Source of the DNA: Mobula hypostoma
Taxonomy: Eukaryota
Length of the DNA: 64,000 nt
Reading direction: 5' to 3'
NCBI RefSeq assembly: GCF_963921235.1
Contig: NC_086097.1
Span: 232,564,001 to 232,628,000, forward strand
Part shown: positions 1 to 11,905 of the stretch, one piece after another
How the letters are laid out: every line of letters begins with the position of its first letter
How positions within the stretch are numbered: the stretch's first letter is position 1
Made by a program: the position numbers and the translations under genes
The notes under the pieces: generated by a model
The model's database searches: none
The model's input: only the letters and a program-made list of their open reading frames with translations
What the model was told of the DNA's origin: nothing

Positions 1-392
1 AGGGCTTTACTCTTTGGAGAGAAGGAGGATGAGTGGAGACATGATAGAGGTGTACAAGATAATAAGAGGAATAGATAGAGTGGATAGCCAGCGCCTCTTC
101 CCCAGGGCACCACTGCTCAATACAAGAGGACATGGCTTTAAGGTAAGGGGTGGGAAGTTCAAGGGGGATATTAGAGGAAGGTTTTTTACTCAGAGAGTGG
201 TTGGTGTGTGGAATGCACTGCCTGAGTCAGTGGTGGAGGCAGATACACTAGTGAAGTTTTAAGAGACTACTAGACAGGTGTATGGAGGAATCTAAGGTGG
301 GGGCTTATATGGGAGGCAGGGTTTGAGGGTCGGCACAACATTGTGGGCCGAAGGGCCTGTACTGTGCTGAACTATTCTATTCTATATTCTAT
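1..392 (+). mobile_element. CR1 LINE 3' end
   Basis: ORF2 C-terminus (TRGHGFKV...FFTQRVV), 3' UTR, (TTCTA)n tail. Confidence 0.9.
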
Positions 393-394
393 GT

Positions 395-676
395 ATTTCA
401 GATACTGTACATATACATCATATAGTCATATTTGTCACAAATTTCCACATAATATTTATCTGAGGATAAATATTACAGAAACTAGATAAATATTATATCA
501 CTTATAGAAAGGACAGGAAAGAAAGAAAGAACAATCAAAAGAAGAAAACTATGTACAAAGTAGGGAGTGATCTTTTTTCTACACCATATTCATTGACTTG
601 TGAGAATAAAATCAGGCCTATGAGGTGTTATGTAGTTAAACCATTTTTCCCAGTATGAATCAAATAGTTCCAACTT
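395..676 (-). mobile_element. Probable L1/Tx1-type LINE 3' fragment
   Basis: Minus strand reads LELFDSYWEKWFNYITPHRPDFILTSQ*, resembling the W..W C-terminus of L1/Tx1 ORF2, followed by a T-rich UTR. Confidence 0.4.
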
Positions 677-1669
677 AATAATTTCCAGTTACTTCCATTC
701 CTGTGAAGATTTTCCTATTGTGTAAGTTTAAACTCAATGGCAATTACTAATCCATAGGGTGTAGGGACTACAAGTCTTATTAGGCCTGAATTTGTAGTTG
801 TAATGAGGGGAAACAGCTGTCAATACACTGTAAAGATGATGATTCACTTGGCCACTGCATTAGCACAATTCAAAGGAGAAATTTAAATCTTGTGGCAGTG
901 ATAGATTGCTCTTTCATGGATTGCATTGTTACATTATATTCTATTCTCCTGACTTCATCACAGTTTACCAAGGTACTTCTACTGCTGAACAACCTCTCTG
1001 ATCCTGCAAAACCAATTGATATGCATAGATTGTCATCTTCTGAGGCATAGTAAAAAATTAATTTTGTTTTCAAGATTTTCAAGTCAATGATTATATTTCG
1101 GTGTTAAGCCTTAACTGCATGCACACCTCTCAGTTTTATATAAAATACTTAAATTGGCTTGTCATACAGATTTATAGCCTCGCTGTTGCTGGATTCCAGG
1201 GCTTCCAAATGAGTTCTCCAGAATGGGGGAAATTCACACAACAGAAAATACTAAATATTTGTTGTCAGTTGTCTTCAAGGTCAATTCCAAGTGACATCTC
1301 CTTGTTGCTGACCGGATTCATTTTTCAATCCATTTTACACAAAGAGAACACTCTAGTCCTGCACATTGTGAGTGGTTCAAAATGCATGAATCACATTTCT
1401 TGGCCAGATATACAGTGCCTTGTATTCAGCCCCCAACCCCTTTGTTCACATAAGTGAGTATTACAAACAGGGGTTTTGATCAATTTAACTGAGAATTTTT
1501 ATTTGTGAATCACATGCTCCTTTTTTTACAATAAAGGCAAAAAGCCGTAAAAATGATAAAGCATGAAAAGCTAAAAATTCAAAAACTGAGATGTCAGCAA
1601 TTCAAAAGTATTCATCCTCTTTTGCTCAGTTGAACCTTTCACAGCTATCACAGCCAGTAGTCTTTTTGT

Positions 1670-2905
1670 ATTATAATAATAACTTTATTTACATTGCACC
1701 TTACATACATTAAGATGAGAGCTCAAAGTGCTTTACATAAATTGTAAAGATAAATCAATAGGAATAAAATATGAGACATTAAAAATCATAATACAAACAT
1801 TATATAGAATAAAATGTATTCAAATATAACACATAATTAATATCAATAGGCAATAAGTAATCCTATAAGCAGACCAAATTAAAAAAATAGGTTTTCCATA
1901 GAACTAGCCAGGCTTATCTCAGCCAGTAAAATTTTCCAGATTTTTATAGAACATAGAAAAGTACAGCACAGTACAGGCCCTTCGGCCCACATTGTTGTGC
2001 CGACCCTCAAACCCTGCCTCCTATATAACTCCCCACCCTAAATTCCTCCATATACCTGTCTAGTAGTCTCTTAAATTTCACTAGTGTATCTGCCTCCACC
2101 ACTGACTCAGGCAGTGCATTCCACGCACCAACCACTCTCTGAGTAAAAAACCTTCCTCTAATATCCCCCTTGAACTTCCCACCCCTTACCTTAAAGCCAT
2201 ATCCTCTTGTATTGAGCAGCGGTGCCCTGGGGAAGAGGCGCTGGCTATCCACTCTATCTATTCCTCTTACTATCTTGTACACCTCTATCATGTCTCCTCT
2301 CATCCTCCTTCTCTCCAAAGAGTAAAGCCCTAGCTCCCTTAATCTCTGATCATAATCCATACTCTCTGAACCAGGCAGCATCCTGGTAAATCTCCTCTGT
2401 ACCCTTTCCAATGCTTCCACATCTTTCCTATAGTGAGGCGATCAGAACCGGACTCCAAGTGTGGCCTAACCAGAGTTTTATAGAGTTGCATCATTACCTC
2501 GCGGCTCTTAAACTCTATCCCTCGACTTATGAAAGCTAACACCCCATAAGCTTTCTTAACTACCCTATCTACCCGTGAGGCAACTTCCAGGGATCTGTGG
2601 ACATGTACCCCTAGATCCCTCTGCTCCTCCACACTTCCAAGTATCCTGCCATTTACTTTGTACTCTGCCTTGGAGTTTGTCCTTCCAAAGTGTACCACCT
2701 CACACTTCTCCGGGTTGAACTCCATCTGCCACTTCTCAGCCCACTCCTGCAACCTATCAATGTCTCTCTGCAATCTTCGACAATCCTCTACACTTGTTGA
2801 ATAAAAACAAAATGCCGCTAACCAGTTCTTAAATGCTGACCGGTATCTGTGGATCTAAGATTACCATAAGGATGCAAAGGAATAGATATTTTTCAGCGTC
2901 TTTAA
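1670..2905 (-). mobile_element. L2-like LINE 3' fragment, interrupted by CR1
   Basis: Minus-strand tail GTAAAGCACTTTGAG...GTAAATAAAGTTATTATTAT is typical of L2-clade 3' ends. Assignment of 2796-2905 to this element is less certain. Confidence 0.55.
1947..2795 (-). mobile_element. 5'-truncated CR1 LINE
   Basis: ORFs 2339..2773 and 2007..2420 encode the CR1 RT C-terminus. Same subfamily as 1-392, in opposite orientation. Confidence 0.92.
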
Positions 2906-3505
2906 TATGGTCTCATACCCTTCCTCAGATTTGTACTTCTCAATTATCATTTCCCTGACTGGTCTTGGATGCTCTTTTGTCTTCATTTTGCTTTGGTCTG
3001 TTGAAAATCTACCATGCTGTTGGACCTCACAGAGAGGGGGGGTGTTTACTCTTATGAATTCATTGAGAACAGGTGATCCTCCAATTTTCTACGTCACCTA
3101 GGTGAGTTGGTAAGCCAATATAGATTACTGCTCCTGAGGAAAGTTAGCATAGTAATTCCAAAGGTGATGAATACTTTTTCAGCTGTACAATTTTGGTTTT
3201 TGATTTTAGTAAATCGTTGACAGATTTTGGATTTTTTTGTTTTGATGCACATGATGCACAATGTATTGTAGATTAGCTCAAAGACCCTATTTTAATATAT
3301 TTTAAATTTAGAAATTGAGACAGTAAAATGTGAGAATTGTTGTGGGGGGCTGAATATTTTTTCAAGGCACCATAAAATAGGTTTAGTGTGATGAGACTTC
3401 AGCTTTCCTCAATTTTAGCAGAAATAATCAATAAAACAAAACATTATTCTTTCCAATGGAGCAACTTATTGTTCAATAATAACAATAACAATAATAATAA
3501 TAACA

Positions 3506-4074
3506 ACATGGTGGCTAGTGCTTAGCATAACACTTTACAGTGCCAACTATAAAACTAACAGAGTTCAATTCCTCCACTGTCTGCAAGCAGTTTTCACATT
3601 CTCCACATGACCGTATGGATTTCCTCGCTCGTTCCAAAGTTATGGGTTAGGGTTAGTAAGTTGTGGGCAGGCTATGTTGCCGTCAGAATCAAGACAACAC
3701 TTGCAGGCTGCCTCAGCTGCATTGGTTGATAAAGCAAAAGACACCTTTTGCGGTATGTTTCGATATACACTTGACAAATAAAACTAATATTTAAATCTTT
3801 TTGGATTAATACACTGGGGTAGCATGGTAGCGTATTGGTTAGCACAACCCTCTACAGTACCAGCTACACGGGTTCAACTTCCACTGCTGCCCGTACGTCC
3901 TCCCTGTGACTGCGTGGGTTTCCTCCGGGTGCTTTGGTTTCCTCCCACAGTCCAAAAGGTTGGCAGATTAACTGTCCTGTGATAAGAATACAGTTAAATC
4001 AGGGGTTGCTGGGCAGCGTGACTTGAGGGGCTGGAAGGGTCTATTCTGCTCTGTATCTCAATCAATAAATAAAT
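3506..4074 (+). mobile_element. Two tandem V-domain SINEs (HE1-like)
   Basis: tRNA-like heads and the V-domain TGCGTGGGTTTCCTCCGGGTGCTTTGGTTTCCTCCCACAGTCCAAA; (AATA)n tail. Confidence 0.75.
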
Positions 4075-4484
4075 AGTGACATTTTTCCTGATGTACATGG
4101 TATAGAGATGCAAGTATTTTTAATCTTCTGAAGTCACCACAGGCTTGGCAGCTTAGCATTTGATGCTTTTGATCCTAGCGTTTTCACCTGATCCACTGGA
4201 TTTAAAGCGTGGGACATTTGGAGAAGCTGTCACACACCAATTCTTTGGGAAATGAAGTGCAAGCAGCGTTATTAGTGAGGTCTGAAACCATTCACATTGT
4301 TGTTATGGTAACTAATTTGCAAGTGAAAGCTCCTTATTCTGCAAGCTGTAACTTATTTACAGTCTTATTTTTGGAAACACAACCACAATTGAATTTTATT
4401 TTTCAGTTGTCAAAACGTGGCAATTTTAATTAAAACTGTATTAACGCAGACATAAAATTCCTAAGTTTGATATGTGAATCACTT

Positions 4485-4795
4485 GGGGCACGTGGCCAAG
4501 TGGTTAAGGCTTTTGACTAGTGACCTGAAGGTCGTGAGTTTGAGCCCCAGCCGAGGCAGCGTGTTGTGTCCTTGAGCAAGGCACTTAACCACATAGTGCT
4601 CTGCGATGACACTGGTGCCAAGCTGTATCGGCCCTTGCCCTTCCCTTGGACAACATTGGTGTCGTGGAGAGGGGAGACGTGCAGCATGGGCAACTGCCGG
4701 TCTTCCATACAACCTTGCCCAGGCCTGCGCCCTGGAGAGTGAAGTCTTTCCAGGCGCAGATCTATGGTCTGGCAAGACTAATGGATGCCTTATTA
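4485..4795 (+). mobile_element. tRNA-derived SINE with CORE-like segment, copy 1
   Basis: A-box TGGCCAAGTGG, B-box-like GAGTTTGAGCC, CORE-like GTGTCCTTGAGCAAGGCACTTAACC. Near-identical to 37066-37375. Confidence 0.85.
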
Positions 4796-4865
4796 ATATG
4801 TGGTGTTATAAAAGTACTCAACAAATTAAATAAGTTCAAAGACTTTAAAAGGTGAAGTTTAAAAG

Positions 4866-7240
4866 TTCAAAGTTCAAAGTAAAATTTATTATCAGCATAT
4901 ATACACGTCACCACATACAACCCTGAGATTCTTTTTCCTGTGGGCATACTCAGCAAATATATAAAATTGTAACTGTAAATGGAATCAATGAAAGAGTAGG
5001 AGCATAGACGACAACAAACTGTTGAAATTATATAAATAAATAGCAATAAATAACAAGAGCACAAAATAACAAGACAAATAGTCCTTAAAGTGAGATCATT
5101 GGCTGTGGGAGCACCTCAATAGATGAGTGTAATTATCCTCTTTTGTTCAAGAGCCTGATGGTTGAGGGGTAGTAACTGTTCTTGAACCTGGTGGTGCGAG
5201 GCTTGTAACCTTCTACCTGGTGGCAGCAGTGAGAAAAGAGCATGGTCTGGCTAGTGAGGATCTTTCATGATAGATGCTGCCTTTCCATGACAGACTTTCA
5301 TGTAGATGCGCTCAATGGTTGGGAGGGCTTTATGTGTTATGTACTGGGCCGAATCCACTACCTTTTGCAGGATTTTCTGTCCAGTCATTGGGTGTTCCCA
5401 TTCCAGGCTGTAATGCAGCCAGTCAGCACACTTTCCACCATACATCTAGAGAAGTTTGCCAAGGATTTCGATAAGGTATTGATGTGGATAGAGAACTGGT
5501 TGGCAGACAGGAAGCAAAGAGTGGGAATAAACGGGACCTTTTCAGAATGGCAGGCGGTGACTAGTGGGGTACCGCAAGGCTCAGTGCTGGGACCCCAGTT
5601 GTTTACAATATATATTAATGACTTGGATGAGGGAATTAAATGCAGCATCTCCAAGTTTGTGGATGACATGAAGCTGGGTGGCAGTGTTAGCAGTGAGGAG
5701 GATGCTAAGAGGATGCAGGGTGACTTGGATAGGTTGGGTGAGTGGGCAAATTCATGGCAGATGCAATTTAATGTGGATAAATGTGAAGTTATCCACTTTG
5801 GTGGCAAAAATAGGAAAACAGATTATTATCTGAATGGTGGCCAATTAGGAAAAGGGGAGGTGCAACGAGACCTGGGTGTCATTATACACCAGTCATTGAA
5901 AGTGGGCATGCAGGTACAGCAGGCGGTGAAAAAGGCGAATGGTATGCTGGCATTTATAGCAAGAGGATTCGAGTACAGGAGCAGGGAGGTACTACTGCAG
6001 TTGTACAAGGCCTTGGTGAGACCACACCTGGAGTATTGTGTGCAGTTTTGGTCCCCTAATCTGAGGAAAGACATCCTTGCCATAGAGGAAGTACAAAGAA
6101 GGTTCACCAGATTGATTCCTGGGATGGCAGGTCTTTCATATGAAGAAAGACTGGATGAACTGGGCTTGTACTCGTTGGAATTTAGAAGATTGAGGGGGGA
6201 TCTGATTGAAACGTATAAAATCCTAAAGGGATTGGACAGGCTAGATGCAGGAAGATTGTTCCCGATGCTGGGGAAATCCAGAAGGAGGGGTCACAGTTTG
6301 AGGATAAGGGGGAAGCCTTTTAGGACTGAGATTAGGAAAAACTTCTTCACACAGAGAGTGGTGAATCTGTGGAATTCTCTGCCACAGGAAACAGTTGAGG
6401 CCAGTTCATTGGCTATATTTAAGAGGGAGTTAGATATGGCCCTTGTGGCTATGGGGATCAGGGGGTATGGAGGGAAGGCTGGTGCAGGGTTCTGAGTTGG
6501 ATAATCAGCCATGATCATAATAAATGGCATTGCAGGCTCGAAGGGCCGAATGGCCTACTCCTGCACCTATTTTCTATGTTTCTATGTTTCTATATGCTGA
6601 ATCTCCACAGACTCCTGAGGAAGTAGAGGCGCTGTCGTGCTTTCTTCGCAATAATATTTATATGATGGGTCCAGGACAAGTCCTCTGAGATAGTGACAAT
6701 CAGGAATTTAAAGTTACTGACCCTCTCCACCTCAGATCCTCTGACGATTAATGGCTCATGGACCTCTGGTTTCCTTCTCCTGAAGTCTACAATCAGGAAA
6801 TGTGTTTGCCAATCTGAACTGACTGGGATCTGTAAGTGAGGAAATGCAGGATCCGAATGCACAAGGGGGTATCAAGGCACAGGTTTTGGAGTTTACTGAT
6901 TAGTTTCGAGGGGGTAGTGGTGTTAAGTGCTGAGTTATAATCAATAAAGAGCATCCTGATGTATGTATTTTTGCTGTCCAGATGTTCCAGGGCTGTGTGA
7001 AGAGCCAATGAGATGGCACTGGCTGTGGACCTGTTGCTCCAGTAGGCAAATCCAAGTCGCCACTCAGACAGGAGCTGATATGTTCAAATACCAGCCTCTC
7101 AAAACACTTCATCACTGTGGATGTAAGTGACACTGGGTGACAGTCATTGAGACAGGTTATTACACTCCTCTTGGGAACCGGTAAGATTGAAGCCTGCTTT
7201 AAGGAGGTGGGTAGTTCACACTGCTGAGTGAGAGGTTGTC
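4866..7240 (-). mobile_element. Rex1/Babar-type LINE fragment, split by a CR1 insertion
   Basis: Peptides [47 protein letters not shown] and ASIMKDPH. The sequence is continuous across the CR1 insert. Confidence 0.85.
5472..6591 (+). mobile_element. 5'-truncated CR1 LINE (same family as 20356-26653)
   Basis: GVPQGSVLGP RT motif through to the C-terminus, (TTTCTATG)n tail. The first ~77 aa of ORF 5242..6495 are unrelated read-through from antisense Rex1. Confidence 0.93.
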
Positions 7241-7324
7241 ATTTGTGCTGCATTAAAACTTCAGTATTTCCCAAAGTATTAAAAAAAAACATGGGCTCCT
7301 GCGTCCAATGAAGGAACCATTATG

Positions 7325-7805
7325 TGTACCCCAGTATGAATGGGAATGAAAGAGTTAATGTATGAGGAGTGTTTCATGGCTCTGTGCCTATGTCTACTGG
7401 AGCTTAGAAGAATGAGGAGGGGATCTCATTGAAACTCATTGAATATCGAAGGACCTAGATAGAGTGATGTACACAGGATTTTTCCTATAGTGGTGGAGTC
7501 TAGAACCAGAAGATATACCCTCAGAATACAAGGACATCCCTTTAGAACAGGGATGAGGAGGAATTTCTTTAACCAGATAGGGTGAATATGTGGAATTTAT
7601 TGCCACAGATGGCTGTGGAGGCCAAATCATCGGATATACTGTATTTAAAGCAGAAGTTGATAGGTTCTTGATTAGTCAGGATGTCAAAGGTTATGGGGAG
7701 AAGGCAGGAGAATGAGATTGAGAGGGATAATAAATCAGCCATGATGGAATAGCTGAGTATATTCAATGGGCCCAGTGGGCAAATTTTTCTCCTATATCTT
7801 ATGAT
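7325..7805 (+). mobile_element. Old CR1 3' fragment
   Basis: Degenerate RT C-terminus and 3' UTR. Confidence 0.75.
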
Positions 7806-8019
7806 AATTCAGAGCTGGAAACAGAAGAGCATTATGGAAATGAAAAAGATCTGCGGCTGATGATTCCAAGCTCAGTAAATGTCAACCGAGCACAACAGAA
7901 TCTGGATATTGGAAATATAAACACCAATTTCTGTAAATATTGAGCACATCAGACAGGATCAAGTAGGGCAGCAACATGAATCATCAGCTGAATGTGGCCA
8001 GTTATTCAGAAGAAGCCAT

Positions 8020-8845
8020 GACCAACCTCTCAAAGTACTTCATCACAGTAGATGTGAGTGATAGTCATTGAGAAAGCTCACCCTGCTCTTCTTGGGCACT
8101 CGTATGATTGGTACCCTTTTGAAGCAGGTTGGGAACCTCTGAATGAAGCAATGAGAGATCGAACACTCCCACCAGTTGGTTGACACAGGTTTTCGGAGCC
8201 ACCAGGTTTACCAATAGGGCCTGACGCCTTGCAAAGGTTCACCCTCTTGAAAGATGTTGTGACATCAGCCTCCGAGACAAAGATCATAGGTTCCCAGATG
8301 CTGCAGGGATTCGTACAGGTATGGTTTTATTCTCCCCTTCAAATTCTCCCCGGCATAATTTACATATTACTCTTTAATTATTTATGGTTTTATTCTCCAC
8401 TTCAAAGCATACATAAAAGGCATTTGAGCTCATCTGGGAGTGAAGCATCACAGCCATTCATGATGTTAGGTTTCCATTCATAGGTTGTACATGAATGGTT
8501 ACAAGACCATAACATCATAAGACATAGGAGCAGAATTAAGCCATTTGGCCCATCGAGTCTGTTCTGCCAATCAATCATGACAGATTCATTAACCCCTTTC
8601 TCTCCATAACCTTTAATGCCCTTGCTAATCAAGAACCTACCAACCTCCGCTTTATACATACCCAATGACTTATCTTCCACAGCTGTCTGTGGCAATGAAT
8701 TCCACCGGTTCGCCACCTTCTGGCTAAGGAAGTTCCTCCTCATCGCCGTTCTAAATAGAGTTCCTTGTACTCTGAGTGCCCTCTGGTCCTAGACTTCCCC
8801 GCTACTGGAAACATCCTCTCCACATCCACTCTATCTGGGTCTTTT
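8020..8845 (-). mobile_element. Rex1 fragment (8020-8500) and CR1 3' fragment (8505-8845)
   Basis: Peptides CDASLPDEL and VNLCKASGP (Rex1); RRNFLSQKVANRWNSLP (CR1). Confidence 0.7.
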
Positions 8846-9019
8846 TAATAGCATTAGCATGGTAGTATGAAGAGAGGCAGAATAAAACGGTTTCACTTCT
8901 TACCGCGGGGCTTCAAATGGGGGAGTGAAAAGGTCGGTTTGCACAGTAAAGGGTGCGTTGAAGGCACAGGCTGTAAAAGGTTGACTGAGCCTGAAGACTG
9001 ACTCGTTCTTCTAACTATG

Positions 9020-9993
9020 GGAGGCAGGATGGCTCAGCGGTTAGCATAACGCTTTGCAGCACCAGCTGTCAGTTCTGGATTCAATTCCTGCCTCTGTCAG
9101 TAAGGAGGTTATATGTCTCTCTGTGCCTGTGTGGGTTGCCTCCCACATTCATTCCAAAGATGTAATATTAGGGCTAGTGAGGTGTTGGTGCCAGGAGCAT
9201 GGTGAAACTTGTGGGCTGCCTAGCACAATCCTCACTGATTTGATTTGATGCTGTGATGTACATGTGACAAATAAAGCTAATGACAGAAGATTTAGACAAG
9301 CTGCAGTCTCATTCAAAGCAAAGCCCACAAAATGCTGGAGGAACTCAGCAGGCCAGGCAGCAACTACAGAAATCAACATTTCAGGCTAAGGTCCTTTTTG
9401 AGGACTGAGACAGAAGTGGGAAGATGCCAGAATAAAAAGGTAAACAGATAACATTTCGGGCAAAGACCCTTCATCAGGAGGGTTCAGTCCCATTCAACCC
9501 AGTCTGGAAATAAATGTGGTGGAAAGGCAGTTCAAACGGAAACTCAGACAGGAATCCTGGGGAAGGGTCTCAGCACAAAACGTCAAGTGTTTGTTCCTCC
9601 CCACAGAGGCTGCCTGGCCAGCTGAGTTCGTCCAGCATTTTGTGTGTGCTAGTCAAACAGAAATAAACACAATGATACAAACTGCATGGCAAAGAGCTGC
9701 AGTTTGCCTGGTAGTTTAGATATACATAACCGACAAGCTGTTCCAGCTCAACGAGCTGCATCGCCCAGCTACCCGTCTGTTTAACCCTAGCTTCATTACA
9801 GGACAATTAACAATGGGCAATTAAGCTACTAACCGGTACTTTGGACTGTGGGAAGAAACCGGAGCACCCTAAAGAAACCAACGCAGTCACAGGGAGAATG
9901 TTTAAACTCCTTACAGAGAACGCTGGAATTGGTCTCTGAGCTCCGATGTCTCGAGCTGTAATAGCGTCGCGCTACCACTATGCTACCGTGGCA
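9020..9993. mobile_element. Cluster of V-SINEs (9020-9285 +, 9800-9993 -) around degenerate Penelope tail pieces in both orientations (9325-9650)
   Basis: V-domain motifs; CACAAAATGCTGGAGGAACTCAGCAGGCCAGGCAGCA and its reverse complement. Confidence 0.7.
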
Positions 9994-10561
9994 CTGACGA
10001 TTTTCCCTGGACAGGATTCCAACTCGGACCACAACTGGGAAAGCGCCAAATTCTAAGCTCTAGACCATCAGGGAACCTGACTTCCAGAACCACAGTTCCT
10101 GCAAAGAGAGCTCTCGCATGTCAGAGTTGGCGGGCCAGATGATCTCTGGATTATTCAGGAGGCTTAGGGTTGTATGTGGTGACATGTATGTACTCTGATA
10201 AAAAATTTTACTTTGAACTTTGAAGTCCTTCTGTAGCCACTCTATTTCCTCAAAACTACCTACGCCTCCACCTATCATTGTATCGTCTGCAAACTTTGCA
10301 ACAAAGCCATCAATCCCATCTTCCAAATCATTGACATATAATGTAAAAGAATCAGTCCCAACACCGACCTCTGTGGAACACTGCTAGTCAACGGCAGCCA
10401 GCCAGAAAATGCTCCCTTTATTCCCACTTTTTACCTCCTGCCAATCTGCCAAGATCCATGCTAGAATCTTCCCTGTAATACCATGCTTGTTAAGCAACCT
10501 CGTGTTCGGCACCTTCTCAAAGGCTTTCTGAAAATCCCAGTACAAAACATCAAGTGCTTCT

Positions 10562-11406
10562 TATCTGTGTAGGCGGAATAAGTGCTACACATGCCCTTAC
10601 ACTTCCTCCCTTACCACCATTCAGGGCCCCAAACAGTCCTTCCAGGTGAGGCGACACTTCACCTGTGAGTCGGCTGGGGTGATACAGTGCGTCCGGTGCT
10701 CCTGATGTGGCCTTTTATATATTGGCGAGACCCGACGCAGACTGGGAGACCACTTTGCTGAACACCTACGCTCTGTCCGCCAGAGAAAGCAGGATCTCCC
10801 AGTGGCCACACATTTTAATTCCACATCCCATTCCCATTCTGACATGTCTGTCCACGGCCTCCTCTACTATAAAGATGAAGCCACACTCAGGTTGGAGGAA
10901 CAACACCTTATATTCCGTCTGGGTAGCCTCCAACCTGATGGCATGAACATCGACTTCTCTAACTTCCACTAATGCCCCACCTCCCCCTCGTACCCCATCT
11001 GTTATTTATTTATATACACACATTCTTTCTCTCTCTCTCCTTTTTCTCCCTCTGACTACACCCCTTGCCCATCCTCTGGGTCTCCCCCCCCCCCACCACC
11101 TTGTCTTTCTCCCCAGACCTCCTGTCCCATAATCCTCTCATATCCCTTTTGCCAATCACCTGTCCAGCTCTCGGCTCTATCCCTTCCCCTCCTGTCTTTT
11201 CCTATCATTTTGGATCTCCTCCTCCCCCTCCCACTTTCAAATCCCTTACTCACTCCTCTTTCAGTTAGTCCTGACGAAGGGTCTCGGCCTGAAACGTCGA
11301 CTGTACCTCTTCCTAGAGATGCTACCTGGCCTGCTGCGTTCACCAGCAACTTTGATGTGTGTTGCTTGAACTTCCAGCATCTGCAGAATTCCTGTTGTTT
11401 GTTGTT
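10562..11406 (+). mobile_element. Penelope-like element 3' part (GIY-YIG endonuclease plus pyrimidine-rich UTR plus hammerhead motif)
   Basis: GVIQCVRCS.CGLLYIGETRRRLGD..AEH...HFN GIY-YIG pattern. Imperfect TSD AAGTG(C/A)TTCT at 10552-10561 and 11407-11416. Confidence 0.88.
11266..11303 (+). ncRNA. Minimal type-I hammerhead ribozyme motif in the Penelope UTR
   Basis: TAGTC-CTGACGA-AGGgtctcggCCT-GAAAC-GTC-GACTG: helix I, CUGAnGA, stem II, GAAA, palindromic ACGT minimal stem III and a GUC triplet. Confidence 0.75.
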
Positions 11407-11671
11407 AAGTGATTCTCCATTGTCCAACCTGCTTGTTATTTCTTCAAAGGAATTCCAAGATTTGTCAGGTGAATTCCCTTGAGGAAACCACTCTGACTAT
11501 GGCTTATTTTATCTGCAGATGCTGGAAATCAGACGAATGGATACAAAGTACTGGAGGAACTTAGCAGGCTAGGCAACATGTATGGAAAAGAGTGAACAGT
11601 CAAAGTTTCCCGCCGACATCCCTCATCAGCACTCCTCATCTCACCCACGTAGCCGCTCCCTCTGTCCTGAG

Positions 11672-11905
11672 CCTGTAACCACGCCCCGTCCACCTATAGG
11701 CCGGCACGTTCCCCGCCCCGTCCACCTATAGGCCGGAACGTATCCCCGCCCCGTCCACCTATAGGCCGGCACGTATCCCCGCCCCCTGTAACCACGCCCC
11801 GTCCACCTATAGGCCGGCACGTATCCCCGCCCCGTCCACCTATAGGCCGGCACGTATCCCCGCCCCCTGTAACCACGCCCCCTCCGTCTATAGGCCGGCA
11901 TTTGT
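11672..11905. repeat. GC-rich minisatellite, 6 units of ~33/48 nt
   Basis: Six copies of CTATAGGCCGG. Unit ACGTATCCCCGCCCCGTCCACCTATAGGCCGGC, with a longer variant containing CTGTAACCACGCCCC. Confidence 0.92.

Larger units (their letters stand above)
1413..3370 (-). mobile_element. Internally deleted Tc1/mariner element with nested LINEs
   Basis: Degenerate TIRs (ta)CAGTGCCTTG..TATTCAGCCCCC and GGGGGCTGAATA..TTCAAGGCAC. Minus strand 2986-2907 encodes a Tc1 transposase N-terminus MKTKEHPRPVREMIIEKYKSEEGYETI. Confidence 0.75.
10220..11512 (-). mobile_element. Old CR1 RT fragment interrupted by a Penelope-like element
   Basis: VAKFADDT motif. The CR1 sequence resumes at ~11407. Confidence 0.75.

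Noticed and set aside
680..1410. Exon-like unique sequence (ORFs 870..1082 - and 1101..1457 +) as part of a neighbouring gene
   Set aside because: There is an acceptor-like site on the minus strand, but frames are interrupted by stops and I recognise no protein family. A tBLASTx search would be needed.
4485..4560. tRNA genes at SINE heads (also 37066, 41955)
   Set aside because: A/B boxes continue into repeat bodies, with no complete cloverleaf or terminator.
5242..6495. 417-aa ORF as a novel fusion protein
   Set aside because: Chance read-through from antisense Rex1 sequence into a truncated CR1 RT.
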